Positions 38,084 to 47,723 of a DNA stretch of 64,000 nucleotides are shown one piece after another (position 1 is the stretch's first letter; each line of letters begins with the position of its first letter). The translations under genes and the position numbers were made by a program. The DNA comes from a virus, in the IMG/VR virus record IMGVR_UViG_3300020733_000013, positions 11,891-75,890 of that record, one strand, 5' to 3'. The notes under the pieces were generated by a model. The model was not told the origin of the DNA. It worked only from the letters and a program-made list of their open reading frames with translations, and did not search any database.

Positions 38084-40354
38084 ATGCACCCAGAAATCGA
38101 AGCCATCATTGAACATGCAATTGAATTGGCTAAGTCAAAAAGCCATCAATATTGTACAGTAGAGCACTTGTTACTAAGCCTAGTATCACATGCTCCCTTT
38201 AAGAAAGTGTTAGACTCTTATGGAGTTGACACTGAAATGATGACTAAGGAAATTGACGTATACTTAAATGGGTTACAAGCAATTACAGTAACACTAGGTC
38301 CCGGACAAGAGATTCAACCACGTAAAACAAATAGTTTGGAACGTGTTACAAACCGTGCAGTAGCACAAACATTGTTCTTGGGTCGTAAACAAGTTACAAC
38401 TATTGACCTTTACTTGAGCATTTCAAGCGAAGCAAATAGTCATGCACATTATTTCTTGTTGAAATATGGCATTGAGAAAAGTCAATTTGTACCTTACTGG
38501 CAAAAGAATTACAAGAACGAAGGTGCTCTTGTACGATTAAGCAACGAACAAGCAGACGAAATCTTAGAAGAATACACAACAAACTTGACTGATTTGGCTC
38601 GTCAGCATAAACTAGAACCAATGATCGGTCGTAGCCAAGAAGTTGATGACATTGTAAACGTATTGGCTAAACGTTTCAAAAGCAACGTGTTACTAGTTGG
38701 TGATCCAGGTGTAGGTAAAACTGCTATTGTCGAAGGTATGGCTCAAATGATTGCAGAAGGTAACGTGCCTGAGTTCTTAGTTGGTCACGAAGTTTACAGC
38801 TTGGAAATCGGTAGCTTACTTGCTGGTAGTAAATATCGCGGTGACTTTGAAGAAAAGGTCAAAGCAGTCATTGAAGCACTTAACACCAAGAAACAAACTA
38901 TCTTGTTTATTGACGAAGCACATACAATGCAAGGTGCAGGTTCAAGTTCTCAAAGTGGTCCAGACTTTGCAAACATGATTAAGCCTGCAATTACAAAAGG
39001 TACATTGAAAGTTATTGCAAGTACTACTTGGGAAGAGTACTATGAGAGTTTTGAGAAGGATCGTGCATTAATGCGTAGATTCTATCGTGTCTCAGTAGAT
39101 GAACCAAATCGTGATTCAACAGTTCGCATTTTAAGTGGCTTAAGTGGTCGTTTGGATGACTTCCATAGTGTTAAGATCACACCCGAAGCGGTTGAAGCAG
39201 CAGTTGACAGTGCTACACGTTACATGCATGACCGTAAAAATCCTGATAAATCTATTGACTTATTAGATGCAGCTTGTGCTAAACAACGTGTATTAGGTAA
39301 CAAAGACGCACAAATCACTAAAGAATTGATTTACGAGCAAGTTGAACGTATCTCTGGAGTACCAGCAGATAAACTCAGTAACGACAACAACGAACGTATC
39401 ACAAACCTTGAGTCTAATATCAAAGACAAATTGTACGGTCAAGAGGAATCAGTTAGTAAAGTACTTGACCGTATATATGTCTCGTTTGCAGGTATCGGTA
39501 GTCAAACTAAACCACTTGCAAGTTTCTTATTCTTGGGCCCAACTGGTACAGGTAAGACTGAACTGGCTAAGCAATTGAGCAAGAACTTAGATATGCCATT
39601 ACTCAAATATGATATGAGCGAGTATTCAGAGAAGTTCAATGTTAGTTCATTGCTTGGTGCGCCTCCTGGATATGTTGGTTATGGTGAAAGTAGCTTAGGT
39701 GGTGGTAAACTTATCAATGACTTGAGTAAGAATCCACATGCTATTCTATTGTTTGATGAAGTTGAAAAAGCTCACCCAGATATCTTTAACATTTTCTTGC
39801 AATTACTTGACGAAGGTCGTGTAACAGGAACTAATGGTAAAGAAGTCAATGCTAAAAACTGTATAATTATCATGACCAGTAACTTGGGTAGTAGTGACAG
39901 CGAACGTGCAGTAATTGGTTTTGGTAGTACTGAACGTACGGGTGATGATGAAAAAGCATTGAAGGACTTCTTCAAGCCTGAATTCAGAAACCGTATTGAC
40001 TTGATTACTAAGTTCAACAAACTTGACAATCTTGCAATTAAGAAAGTGGTTATCAAGTTTACTGACGAGTTAAAGAAAGCATTGAAGGATACACAAGATA
40101 TCGTGTTGACTTTAACAGAACCAGTAGTTGATTACTTAGCAGAACAGGGCTACGATAGTAAGATGGGCGCACGTCCTCTTGCACGTAAAATTGATGAACT
40201 AATTCGTGTTCCATTGAGTAAGAAGATTCTTTTTGAACGTATTAGAAGTGCAAATATTACTGTAGTGATGAATGACGGTAAAGTTGATTTTGAAGTACAT
40301 CAAAAAATGATTGCAGAAGTAGGCGAAGATGGCATTATTAAAATCAGCAACTAA
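38084..40354 (+). CDS. clpA: ClpA-type Hsp100 AAA+ ATPase
   Basis: Clp N-domain, GDPGVGKT and GPTGTGKT, LLFDEVEKAHPD, IGF loop, no ClpB M-domain. Confidence 0.9.
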   Translation: MHPEIEAIIEHAIELAKSKSHQYCTVEHLLLSLVSHAPFKKVLDSYGVDTEMMTKEIDVYLNGLQAITVTLGPGQEIQPRKTNSLERVTNRAVAQTLFLGRKQVTTIDLYLSISSEANSHAHYFLLKYGIEKSQFVPYWQKNYKNEGALVRLSNEQADEILEEYTTNLTDLARQHKLEPMIGRSQEVDDIVNVLAKRFKSNVLLVGDPGVGKTAIVEGMAQMIAEGNVPEFLVGHEVYSLEIGSLLAGSKYRGDFEEKVKAVIEALNTKKQTILFIDEAHTMQGAGSSSQSGPDFANMIKPAITKGTLKVIASTTWEEYYESFEKDRALMRRFYRVSVDEPNRDSTVRILSGLSGRLDDFHSVKITPEAVEAAVDSATRYMHDRKNPDKSIDLLDAACAKQRVLGNKDAQITKELIYEQVERISGVPADKLSNDNNERITNLESNIKDKLYGQEESVSKVLDRIYVSFAGIGSQTKPLASFLFLGPTGTGKTELAKQLSKNLDMPLLKYDMSEYSEKFNVSSLLGAPPGYVGYGESSLGGGKLINDLSKNPHAILLFDEVEKAHPDIFNIFLQLLDEGRVTGTNGKEVNAKNCIIIMTSNLGSSDSERAVIGFGSTERTGDDEKALKDFFKPEFRNRIDLITKFNKLDNLAIKKVVIKFTDELKKALKDTQDIVLTLTEPVVDYLAEQGYDSKMGARPLARKIDELIRVPLSKKILFERIRSANITVVMNDGKVDFEVHQKMIAEVGEDGIIKISN

Positions 40355-41048
40355 TTCACCGGGTGTTGACCTGCAAGAGTATCGTGACGAGTTGTACTAT
40401 AGTCAATATCAGTACCGTTGCAGGATCACAATACCTCACTTTCGTAGAGCACAATACTATTCACCAGATGAATTTGAACAAATGGTATTAGGCAATAGTA
40501 AAAAATTCATTAGGTTAAAACAGGATGAAAGAGATACTCTTGCTCAACACTTACCTAGCATCAAAAAAGTATTGCAGTATAGAATTGACAGTAAAAAGAA
40601 CAAGTCTAGCAAAGTTCGCGGTGAATATGATACTATCTCTGTATTCAGCAATGACCTACAATCACTACATGATAATTTTGATAACCTAACAGATGCGTGT
40701 GTTGACTTCACTGAGGTTATCACTACCGGGTATTCGGGGGTCAAAACTTTTGCAAATGAACCTAAACACAAGTATAGAATTTATTTCAAAAGCAAACGAA
40801 TCCCAGAAGACTTCAAAGATGGATTGAAGAAAATCTTAACTACTAACACACAATTGAGACCAAGTCCTGCTCTTAAAATGTGGTTAGATCAGAAAGAAGA
40901 TAGTCAATGGTACTGGAATTTCCGTTACATGTCTAGCAGTTACTTTATTGACTATAATGACGAGAGTTATCTTAGCTATTTGGCACTAATGTATGACGGT
41001 ATGCTGGGTAGAAAGTACAAATTGGAAAAGCGAGCCGATATCGTCTGA
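40329..41048 (+). CDS. Hypothetical protein
   Basis: 239-aa ORF overlapping the clpA end by 26 nt. Confidence 0.65.
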   Translation: MALLKSATNSPGVDLQEYRDELYYSQYQYRCRITIPHFRRAQYYSPDEFEQMVLGNSKKFIRLKQDERDTLAQHLPSIKKVLQYRIDSKKNKSSKVRGEYDTISVFSNDLQSLHDNFDNLTDACVDFTEVITTGYSGVKTFANEPKHKYRIYFKSKRIPEDFKDGLKKILTTNTQLRPSPALKMWLDQKEDSQWYWNFRYMSSSYFIDYNDESYLSYLALMYDGMLGRKYKLEKRADIV

Positions 41049-41082
41049 GCATGATAAATACTCTATTAATGGAGTATTTACC

Positions 41083-41244
41083 ATGGCAAAGATTATTGAG
41101 AACGTACTAGTTGTTAAAGTCAGCAAACTAGTAAAAGAGGGAGCGGATGAGAATCTGATTCCACAAGACACCCAACAAGCATTAGAACAAGTCGCCCAAG
41201 AATTATTGGGTGATTCCGTCATTGTAGAAGTGGAACGAGCATAA
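41083..41244 (+). CDS. Small hypothetical protein
   Basis: MAKIIENVLVVKVSKLVK; SD GGAG and late box 41055-41060 favour ATG 41083. Confidence 0.65.
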   Translation: MAKIIENVLVVKVSKLVKEGADENLIPQDTQQALEQVAQELLGDSVIVEVERA

Positions 41245-41582
41245 TGGCACAAAGTTCAGCATATCAATTGTTGCCACAAACAGCATACAAACAAGTTTCA
41301 CAAGTGATTGGTGATAAAGTTCCTGCCGCCGCATATTATATCAAGCAAAACAATATGCAGACATTCACATGGAATCTTACAACATTTACCGGTCTATTAC
41401 AAATTCAAGCAACACTAGCAGATAATCCAGGCAATGGTGACTGGTTCACTATCTATAACCTATCAGGTAATCAATTAACTCAAACTAGCTTTACTAATAT
41501 ATCTGGTAACTTTGTTTGGGTTCGTGCTGTAATCAATAACTTTGGTTTTGGTGTTGTTCAAAGTGTTAAGGTTAGCTATTAA
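41244..41582 (+). CDS. Small beta-sandwich-like virion protein
   Basis: IQATLA..P...DWF...GNFVWVRA; TAATG coupling. Confidence 0.6.
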   Translation: MAQSSAYQLLPQTAYKQVSQVIGDKVPAAAYYIKQNNMQTFTWNLTTFTGLLQIQATLADNPGNGDWFTIYNLSGNQLTQTSFTNISGNFVWVRAVINNFGFGVVQSVKVSY

Positions 41583-44500
41583 TGAAAATTGCCGCACTAT
41601 TAGAAAGTAAACAACCATTGATGGAAGGTGGTAATTTAAGTGTGGGCAAACATGAAGCAGAACACTTAGATTTGAAAGTTACAAAACGTAGCTACATGGT
41701 TCCCAAACTCAATGAACTATTAAACGCAATCAATAAAGCATTCAATGTAAAACACAAGGCTCCATTATGGAGTAGTGAATTATTGTCAAGCGGTAAGTTT
41801 TTGAGTGGTAGTAGTTTACATTTCTTTGATGTTGCGGGTATCAGTGATGATACATTCTTTGCTAAGAAGCCAACTGTAGGTGATATTGATACCATGGTTG
41901 ACAAACGTTTGGAATTCATTTTACAAGAATTCTTAACAAGTGCAACAAATAAACAAATTGGTCCTGCAAAATTGCTAGGATTTCAAAAAGGTAACGAACA
42001 ATATTCTGCATTGTTTGAGTTACAAGACCCACCCGTAAAAGTACAAATTGACTTTGAATTTGTTTCTTTTGAGAATGGAATGCCTAGCGACTGGGCAAGA
42101 TTTAGTCATAGCAGTTCATGGGATGATATCCAACAAGGTGTTAAGGGTGTATTTCATAAGTGGTTGATTCAATCATTGACTACACTAACCAACAAGCAAT
42201 TCCTGTTACGTAAAATGATCGGTCGTGGTGCAATGCGTAAAGAAGAGGACATCCCTACAACAGACAACATGTATAGTTTTGCCGTGTCTAGTAAAGAAGG
42301 TGGCGGATTACGTGCTAAGTACGAACCAGTATTAAATCCTAACACAAACAAACCATTAGTGATTAAGGGTTTGCCTGTAATGAAAGCAGCACCTGCAGCT
42401 GGATACGAACAAAACATTGGTAAGATTTTTTCAACTATACTAGGCAAACGTCTTGACCCTAAACAAATGCAAGCTATCTCTAATAACTTCTGGTCATTCA
42501 CTGGGTTAGTACAGTTGATGGGTAAGATATTATCACCAGAAGATAAACAAACAGTATTGCTCGGTTTCTTAAACAAAACAATCGGTAAAGGTAGTCAAGG
42601 TCTTTACAAGAACAATCCAGAAAAAGATATCAGTGAAAAAACAACAGCAATCAATTATCTAGTTAAAACATTAGGACTACAATTGCCACCTGAGTTCAAT
42701 CAAATGATGGCTGACTATAGAAAAAACTATAAGATGACTGAACTATCAGAAGCAGGTCCTAACTATAAGCGTCAAGGTATCCCACACATTTACAAGCCTG
42801 GCTCAACAGTTGAATTGAAAGATAATGAGTTCATTGAGTTATGTAAAGAAATCATGGCTGATGGTGGTAAACTTGAAGGTGTACCAATCAACTTGAAAGT
42901 TGATGGTGCAGGCATCAGATTTGGTAAAGACCAAAATGGTCGTCCATTCTTTATGACAAGTAAAGTTACAGAACCTAAATACATTGAGAATTTTGGTGAC
43001 TTTGAAAAGTATGGTCGTAGTGTTGGACAAGACGAAGAACGATTGAACTTTACTAAGCAATATGACAATGCATTAAAGACAATATTGACTGCTCCATTTA
43101 TGAAAGTTATCCCTAGTGATACTATCGTACAAGCAGAAATGATGTATACTCCAATGGCTCAACAAGAGAATGGCGGCTTGAAGTTTGTTAACATCCCTTA
43201 TGATCCTAAAAAGTTGGGTAAAGAGATGACTCTTGTACCATTCATGTTCAAACAGTTTAGCACTGGACAAGTTCGTCCTGACAGTCAAAAGATTAAAGAA
43301 GCACTATTAAAAACAAGCAATAGTAAAATTAAAATGGTTAACAACAACTTGCAACATAAAGGTATTGATGTTGCTAAGATTGTTAGTCCTATTGTTAAAA
43401 ACGCAGATACATTAAGTGCTGCGGTTGCTACTCGTGGAACAAATCCTACAAAAGAAAAAGCAAAAGCTATCTTGTCTCAAGCTAGACAACAACTAAGCAA
43501 TGCTATTATCAATGGACCTATTCCAGGTAAAGATCAATTGGGTGACATGATTGAAGGTCTTGTTATCAATATGCCTAGTGGTTTACTAGCTAAAGTAACA
43601 AGCACAGACATGGCAAACAAGATGGCTACTAAAATGGCTGCTCGTCAACCAGTCAAAGGTAATCAACGCCCTGCTGTAGTTGCTGTGGGCAGTGCGATTG
43701 GGCATGTAGGACATCAACAATTATTCAACCATGCAATCGCTCTAGCAAAACAAGTTGGTGGTCAACCTTACATGTTTATAGGACCTGCAGAAGGTAAAGA
43801 TGATCCTATTCCACCAAGTGTTAAAGTTGAAACATGGCATAAGTTATACCCACAACTAGCGAGTAACATATCAACTGTTAGTCATGAGGGCGGTACATTA
43901 CTACAGAAAATCAAACATGAGTTGATTAATCCTCAACCAGGTAAACCACCAAGATATGATACAATTTATATTGTTGTTGGTAGTGATAGACATGACATGG
44001 CTGAAAGTTGGAGCAAATCTCTAATGAAAGCAGTTAACAAGTTCCCTGGATATGAAGGTGTTAAAGTTGTTCCACATGTAACGTCACGTGATAAGAATGA
44101 AGGTGGTACAGGTATAAGCGGAACATTACTACGTAGTGTTTTATCAGACAAAACAAAAACTCCAGAACAGCAATTTGAAGTTTGGAATCATGCTTACAAT
44201 AGTGGTAACTATGGTGCTCAGAAACTACCGGCAGAGTGGATTCAGCACTTAATGAATATTGCTCGTAAGGGTATGGGAATGCAAACTATGAATGAGTCAA
44301 GAATCTTTAATCCAAAGTCATTAGTTAATGTATATTATGTTTCCCCTAATGGCAATCGTCATAAGTTAGCAAAAAGCATTCCGTATGATTTAGTTGAGAA
44401 ACTATTACATGCATTGAAAGTTAAAAAGAACATTGACATTCACATGGATGATGTTGAAGTTCGTCCTGCTGATCCCTCACAATATACAGTGAGCACCAGT

Positions 44501-45733
44501 CAGTTTGATGAAGGTTCAGAAGAAGCATTACAATATGCAACTAAAGCACATGCTGGGCAAACTCGTTCAGGTGGTGATCCATATATCAGTCACCCAGTTC
44601 GTGTAGCTAATCATATCAAGCAATTTAAAAAATCACATAACCTAGATGCATTAATTAGTGCAGCATACTTACATGATACAATTGAAGATACTGACACAAC
44701 ACAAGAAATCTTACACGATTTGTTTGGCGGATTAGTTGCTAGTCTTGTAATGGAACTTACAAGCGATCCAGAACAAATTAAAAAGATAGGTAAGGCTCAA
44801 TATCTAGCACACAAAATGGCTGCAATGAGTAGCTATGCACTAGTTATCAAACTTGCTGATAGATTAGATAATGTCAAAGATATCACTACTGCTAAGACTC
44901 CTGAATGGAGACACAAATATGCAACTGAAACTAATCACATCTTAGATTACATTGAAAAGCATCGTGCTTTGTCAGGTACCCATACTAAATTGATTGATAT
45001 GATTCGTGCTAAGTTGGCTGAGATTGACCAACCACAGCAAGATGTGGCGGAAGGCAAGAACATGCCAGACTTAGAACATGTTGGCGAAAGAGTAGTATCT
45101 GTTATGGATGCTGAACGCAGACTTGCCCATGGAGATAGAATATTTGCGTTCCACGAAATGGATGAAGAGCCGTTTGAGATTCACAATGTCGGTGAGTTGG
45201 CAGGATATGATACTGAACAGTTATTGGCAGTACCACAAAGTGTAGCGGAAGAAGCAGACGAACAAAAAAGCTCAAATGTCTTTCAATCTATGGGTAGTCA
45301 ATTAATTGCTATGGGTAATGATGCTGATAAAATTAAAAGGCATGACCCATCAGTTATTGAAAAAGCAATTGATGCTAAATTAGAAAAAATCAATGATCCA
45401 AAACTTACACATGTTACGAAATCCTTTTTGAGTAAAGTTGTTAAGTTCAATAGAAGTAATCCAAAAACAATGGCAGCAATATTTGGATTTACCTTCTCTA
45501 TTATTGCTAGAGTATCAATGCAATTTAGTCATAATATGGGACTTAGTCCAACACAAGCAACATTACTAATAGAAGCATTATTGCCTACATTGGGTAATTT
45601 CTTGGGTTACATTGTCAATGGGTTTAGTGTAAAAGACAGTGTACAAGCTGGATTGATTGCTGGAACAATTGGCGTCGGCGGCACCTTGGCTGCAAGCGGT
45701 GCATTGTCTGAAGATTATTTAGACGAAAAATAA
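41582..45733 (+). CDS. Multi-enzyme putative head-cargo polyprotein (nucleotidyltransferase-like; KxDG ligase-like; HxGH cytidylyltransferase-like; RelA/SpoT HD hydrolase; small cassettes)
   Basis: LSGSS...GDIDTMVD; INLKVDGAG...EGLVI; AIGHVGH...VVGSDR...ISGTLLR; HAGQTR..GDPYISHP..LHDTIEDT..IKLADRLDN; linkers LMEG, LSEA, MNES, FDEG, VAEG, VAEE, LSED. Confidence 0.8.
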   Translation: MKIAALLESKQPLMEGGNLSVGKHEAEHLDLKVTKRSYMVPKLNELLNAINKAFNVKHKAPLWSSELLSSGKFLSGSSLHFFDVAGISDDTFFAKKPTVGDIDTMVDKRLEFILQEFLTSATNKQIGPAKLLGFQKGNEQYSALFELQDPPVKVQIDFEFVSFENGMPSDWARFSHSSSWDDIQQGVKGVFHKWLIQSLTTLTNKQFLLRKMIGRGAMRKEEDIPTTDNMYSFAVSSKEGGGLRAKYEPVLNPNTNKPLVIKGLPVMKAAPAAGYEQNIGKIFSTILGKRLDPKQMQAISNNFWSFTGLVQLMGKILSPEDKQTVLLGFLNKTIGKGSQGLYKNNPEKDISEKTTAINYLVKTLGLQLPPEFNQMMADYRKNYKMTELSEAGPNYKRQGIPHIYKPGSTVELKDNEFIELCKEIMADGGKLEGVPINLKVDGAGIRFGKDQNGRPFFMTSKVTEPKYIENFGDFEKYGRSVGQDEERLNFTKQYDNALKTILTAPFMKVIPSDTIVQAEMMYTPMAQQENGGLKFVNIPYDPKKLGKEMTLVPFMFKQFSTGQVRPDSQKIKEALLKTSNSKIKMVNNNLQHKGIDVAKIVSPIVKNADTLSAAVATRGTNPTKEKAKAILSQARQQLSNAIINGPIPGKDQLGDMIEGLVINMPSGLLAKVTSTDMANKMATKMAARQPVKGNQRPAVVAVGSAIGHVGHQQLFNHAIALAKQVGGQPYMFIGPAEGKDDPIPPSVKVETWHKLYPQLASNISTVSHEGGTLLQKIKHELINPQPGKPPRYDTIYIVVGSDRHDMAESWSKSLMKAVNKFPGYEGVKVVPHVTSRDKNEGGTGISGTLLRSVLSDKTKTPEQQFEVWNHAYNSGNYGAQKLPAEWIQHLMNIARKGMGMQTMNESRIFNPKSLVNVYYVSPNGNRHKLAKSIPYDLVEKLLHALKVKKNIDIHMDDVEVRPADPSQYTVSTSQFDEGSEEALQYATKAHAGQTRSGGDPYISHPVRVANHIKQFKKSHNLDALISAAYLHDTIEDTDTTQEILHDLFGGLVASLVMELTSDPEQIKKIGKAQYLAHKMAAMSSYALVIKLADRLDNVKDITTAKTPEWRHKYATETNHILDYIEKHRALSGTHTKLIDMIRAKLAEIDQPQQDVAEGKNMPDLEHVGERVVSVMDAERRLAHGDRIFAFHEMDEEPFEIHNVGELAGYDTEQLLAVPQSVAEEADEQKSSNVFQSMGSQLIAMGNDADKIKRHDPSVIEKAIDAKLEKINDPKLTHVTKSFLSKVVKFNRSNPKTMAAIFGFTFSIIARVSMQFSHNMGLSPTQATLLIEALLPTLGNFLGYIVNGFSVKDSVQAGLIAGTIGVGGTLAASGALSEDYLDEK
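45038..45252 (+). repeat. Two degenerate copies of the QGVAEG repeat inside the 1383-aa gene
   Basis: CAAGATGTGGCGGAAGG at 45038-45054 (1 mismatch in 17) and CAAAGTGTAGCGGAAGA at 45236-45252; period 198 nt. Confidence 0.8.
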
Positions 45734-45783
45734 TTTGACCCCCTCTTTATTGTGTAAATATCTTTATCTTTAAAGAGGACCTT

Positions 45784-46761
45784 ATGGCAACAAAGAAAAC
45801 AACTACAACTGCTACACCAGCAGTTAAGACAACTAAAGCTCCTGCAAAAGCTAAAGCAGAAGCAAAAACAGTACCAGTCGAAAAGGTACAAGAAATTGCT
45901 GAACAAGCACAACAAGAACAAAAACCCGCAGATGGTCAAGTTCAAGTTAACGTAGATTTTCTACGCACAACTAAAGTACATATTGCTATGCCATGTTATG
46001 GTGGTATGTTGACTGAATCTACATTCATGTCATTCATCAAGTGGGCAAATACTGCTCGTCAATTGGGTATTGATTGGACATTAGAAACAATGGTCAATGA
46101 GTCACTTATCAGTCGTGCTCGTAACACACTAACAGCAAAGTTCTTAGAACAAGAAGGTGCAACACACTTGTTCTTTGTTGATGCAGATATTGGTTGGGAA
46201 CCATGGCATTTGTTAGTTCTATTGAACCGTGATGTTGATGTTATCGGTGGATTGTACCCAATGAAAACAATGCCAATCAAATGGGTTGTTAATGGATTTG
46301 AAGGTGCAGAAGAAGGTACAGATGGCTTACAAGAAGTAAGTAAAGCAGGTACAGGTTTCTTGTTGATGAAACGTCATGTATTTGAGAAAATGAACAGTCA
46401 CCCAGCTGTTAAACCATACAAAAATGATATCGGTTTAGATCCAAAATATGACCAACACTTGAAAACATACTTTGACACAGCAGTTCGTCAAGGTCGTTAC
46501 TACAGTGAAGACTGGACATTCTGTGAAAACTGGCGTGATATTGGTGGTAAAGTTTGGGTTGACAAACGTGTATTATTGCGTCATAGTGGTTCATATGTAT
46601 TCTGCATGGAAAATCAGAACTATTTGATGGATACAATTGGTCCTATGTATGTTCAACAACAGCAACAAGTAGCACAACAGCAACAAGCACCAGCAGTTGC
46701 TACCCCTGTGGCTACACAAAACAAAGCTCCTGTAAAGAAAGCAGCAACACGTAAGAAGTAA
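45784..46761 (+). CDS. Glycosyltransferase-like (GT-A fold) protein
   Basis: IAMPCYGG, ESLISRARN, HLFFVDADIGW (DxD), GTGFLLMKR.VF, SEDWTFC. Confidence 0.75.
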   Translation: MATKKTTTTATPAVKTTKAPAKAKAEAKTVPVEKVQEIAEQAQQEQKPADGQVQVNVDFLRTTKVHIAMPCYGGMLTESTFMSFIKWANTARQLGIDWTLETMVNESLISRARNTLTAKFLEQEGATHLFFVDADIGWEPWHLLVLLNRDVDVIGGLYPMKTMPIKWVVNGFEGAEEGTDGLQEVSKAGTGFLLMKRHVFEKMNSHPAVKPYKNDIGLDPKYDQHLKTYFDTAVRQGRYYSEDWTFCENWRDIGGKVWVDKRVLLRHSGSYVFCMENQNYLMDTIGPMYVQQQQQVAQQQQAPAVATPVATQNKAPVKKAATRKK

Positions 46762-46782
46762 AATCTTACAACTCCCCACTAC

Positions 46783-46809
46783 AAGGCTATCTATATGGTA
46801 GCCTTTTTT
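46783..46809 (+). terminator. Intrinsic terminator
   Basis: AAGGCTATC-TATAT-GGTAGCCTT-TTTT. Confidence 0.7.
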
Positions 46810-46841
46810 CATAAATACTCTATACAACCCGTAAACCAAAG

Positions 46842-47720
46842 ATGAACCTAAAAGAATTTGACGAATTTAAACTTGGGGATGCTGTACATTTCCATGACGA
46901 ACTTAACCCTGCAATCTTCAACGGGGAACATATGAAGCCACAGGTTCGTGAACAATTATTAACTATTGCAGACGATTTTCTGTCACATTTGGGTATTGAT
47001 AACCTAGACATTGACGATATTACTATCAGCGGTAGTTCAGCAGCATATAGCTATACAAAGCATTCAGACATTGACCTACATATTCTTGTAGATATGAACA
47101 AGTTCAGTGATGACGACATTTACCGTGAGTTATTTGACGCTAAAAAAGTCATATATAATGACCAACATGACATTAAAATCAATGGATTTGAAGTTGAATT
47201 GTATGTACAAGATACAAATCAGCCCGTAATTAGTTTGGGTGAATATAGTGTATTAAACGACAAATGGATCAAATTGCCACGTAAACGCAGGGCGCATTTT
47301 GACCAAGCAGCTACACAATTAAAATATAGAAAACTTTATAAATTAGCAGAGTTTGCTTACAAGTCTAACAACGTTCACAAAATTGAAAACGTGTTAAGAA
47401 CCATTAAAAAATATCGTCAAGCTGGATTAGATAAAGCCGGTGAGTTCAGCCCAGAAAACTTAGCATATAAAGCACTACGTACAAACAAAGTGATTGACAA
47501 GTTGTATAAAAAGGTTGATGAACTACACAGCAAAGAATTAAGTATCCCTGAAGATATGTATGAATGTTCAGGATATATACCAAGCGAAAAAGAAAAGAAT
47601 GATCCTCGTTTTAGTCGTGCGTTAAGTGTAGATGTAGGACCTAATGCGATTAAGAAAAATGCAAAAGCGTTTGGGTTTAAGGTTAGTAGAGCGGGTATTC
47701 CCCCGTTGTTAAGGAAATAA
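46842..47720 (+). CDS. Pol-beta-superfamily nucleotidyltransferase with internal-protein-like leader
   Basis: ISGSSAAYSY...SDIDLHIL...VELYVQD; leader MNLKEFDE; short C-terminal module after MYE. Confidence 0.7.
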   Translation: MNLKEFDEFKLGDAVHFHDELNPAIFNGEHMKPQVREQLLTIADDFLSHLGIDNLDIDDITISGSSAAYSYTKHSDIDLHILVDMNKFSDDDIYRELFDAKKVIYNDQHDIKINGFEVELYVQDTNQPVISLGEYSVLNDKWIKLPRKRRAHFDQAATQLKYRKLYKLAEFAYKSNNVHKIENVLRTIKKYRQAGLDKAGEFSPENLAYKALRTNKVIDKLYKKVDELHSKELSIPEDMYECSGYIPSEKEKNDPRFSRALSVDVGPNAIKKNAKAFGFKVSRAGIPPLLRK

Positions 47721-47723
47721 AGA

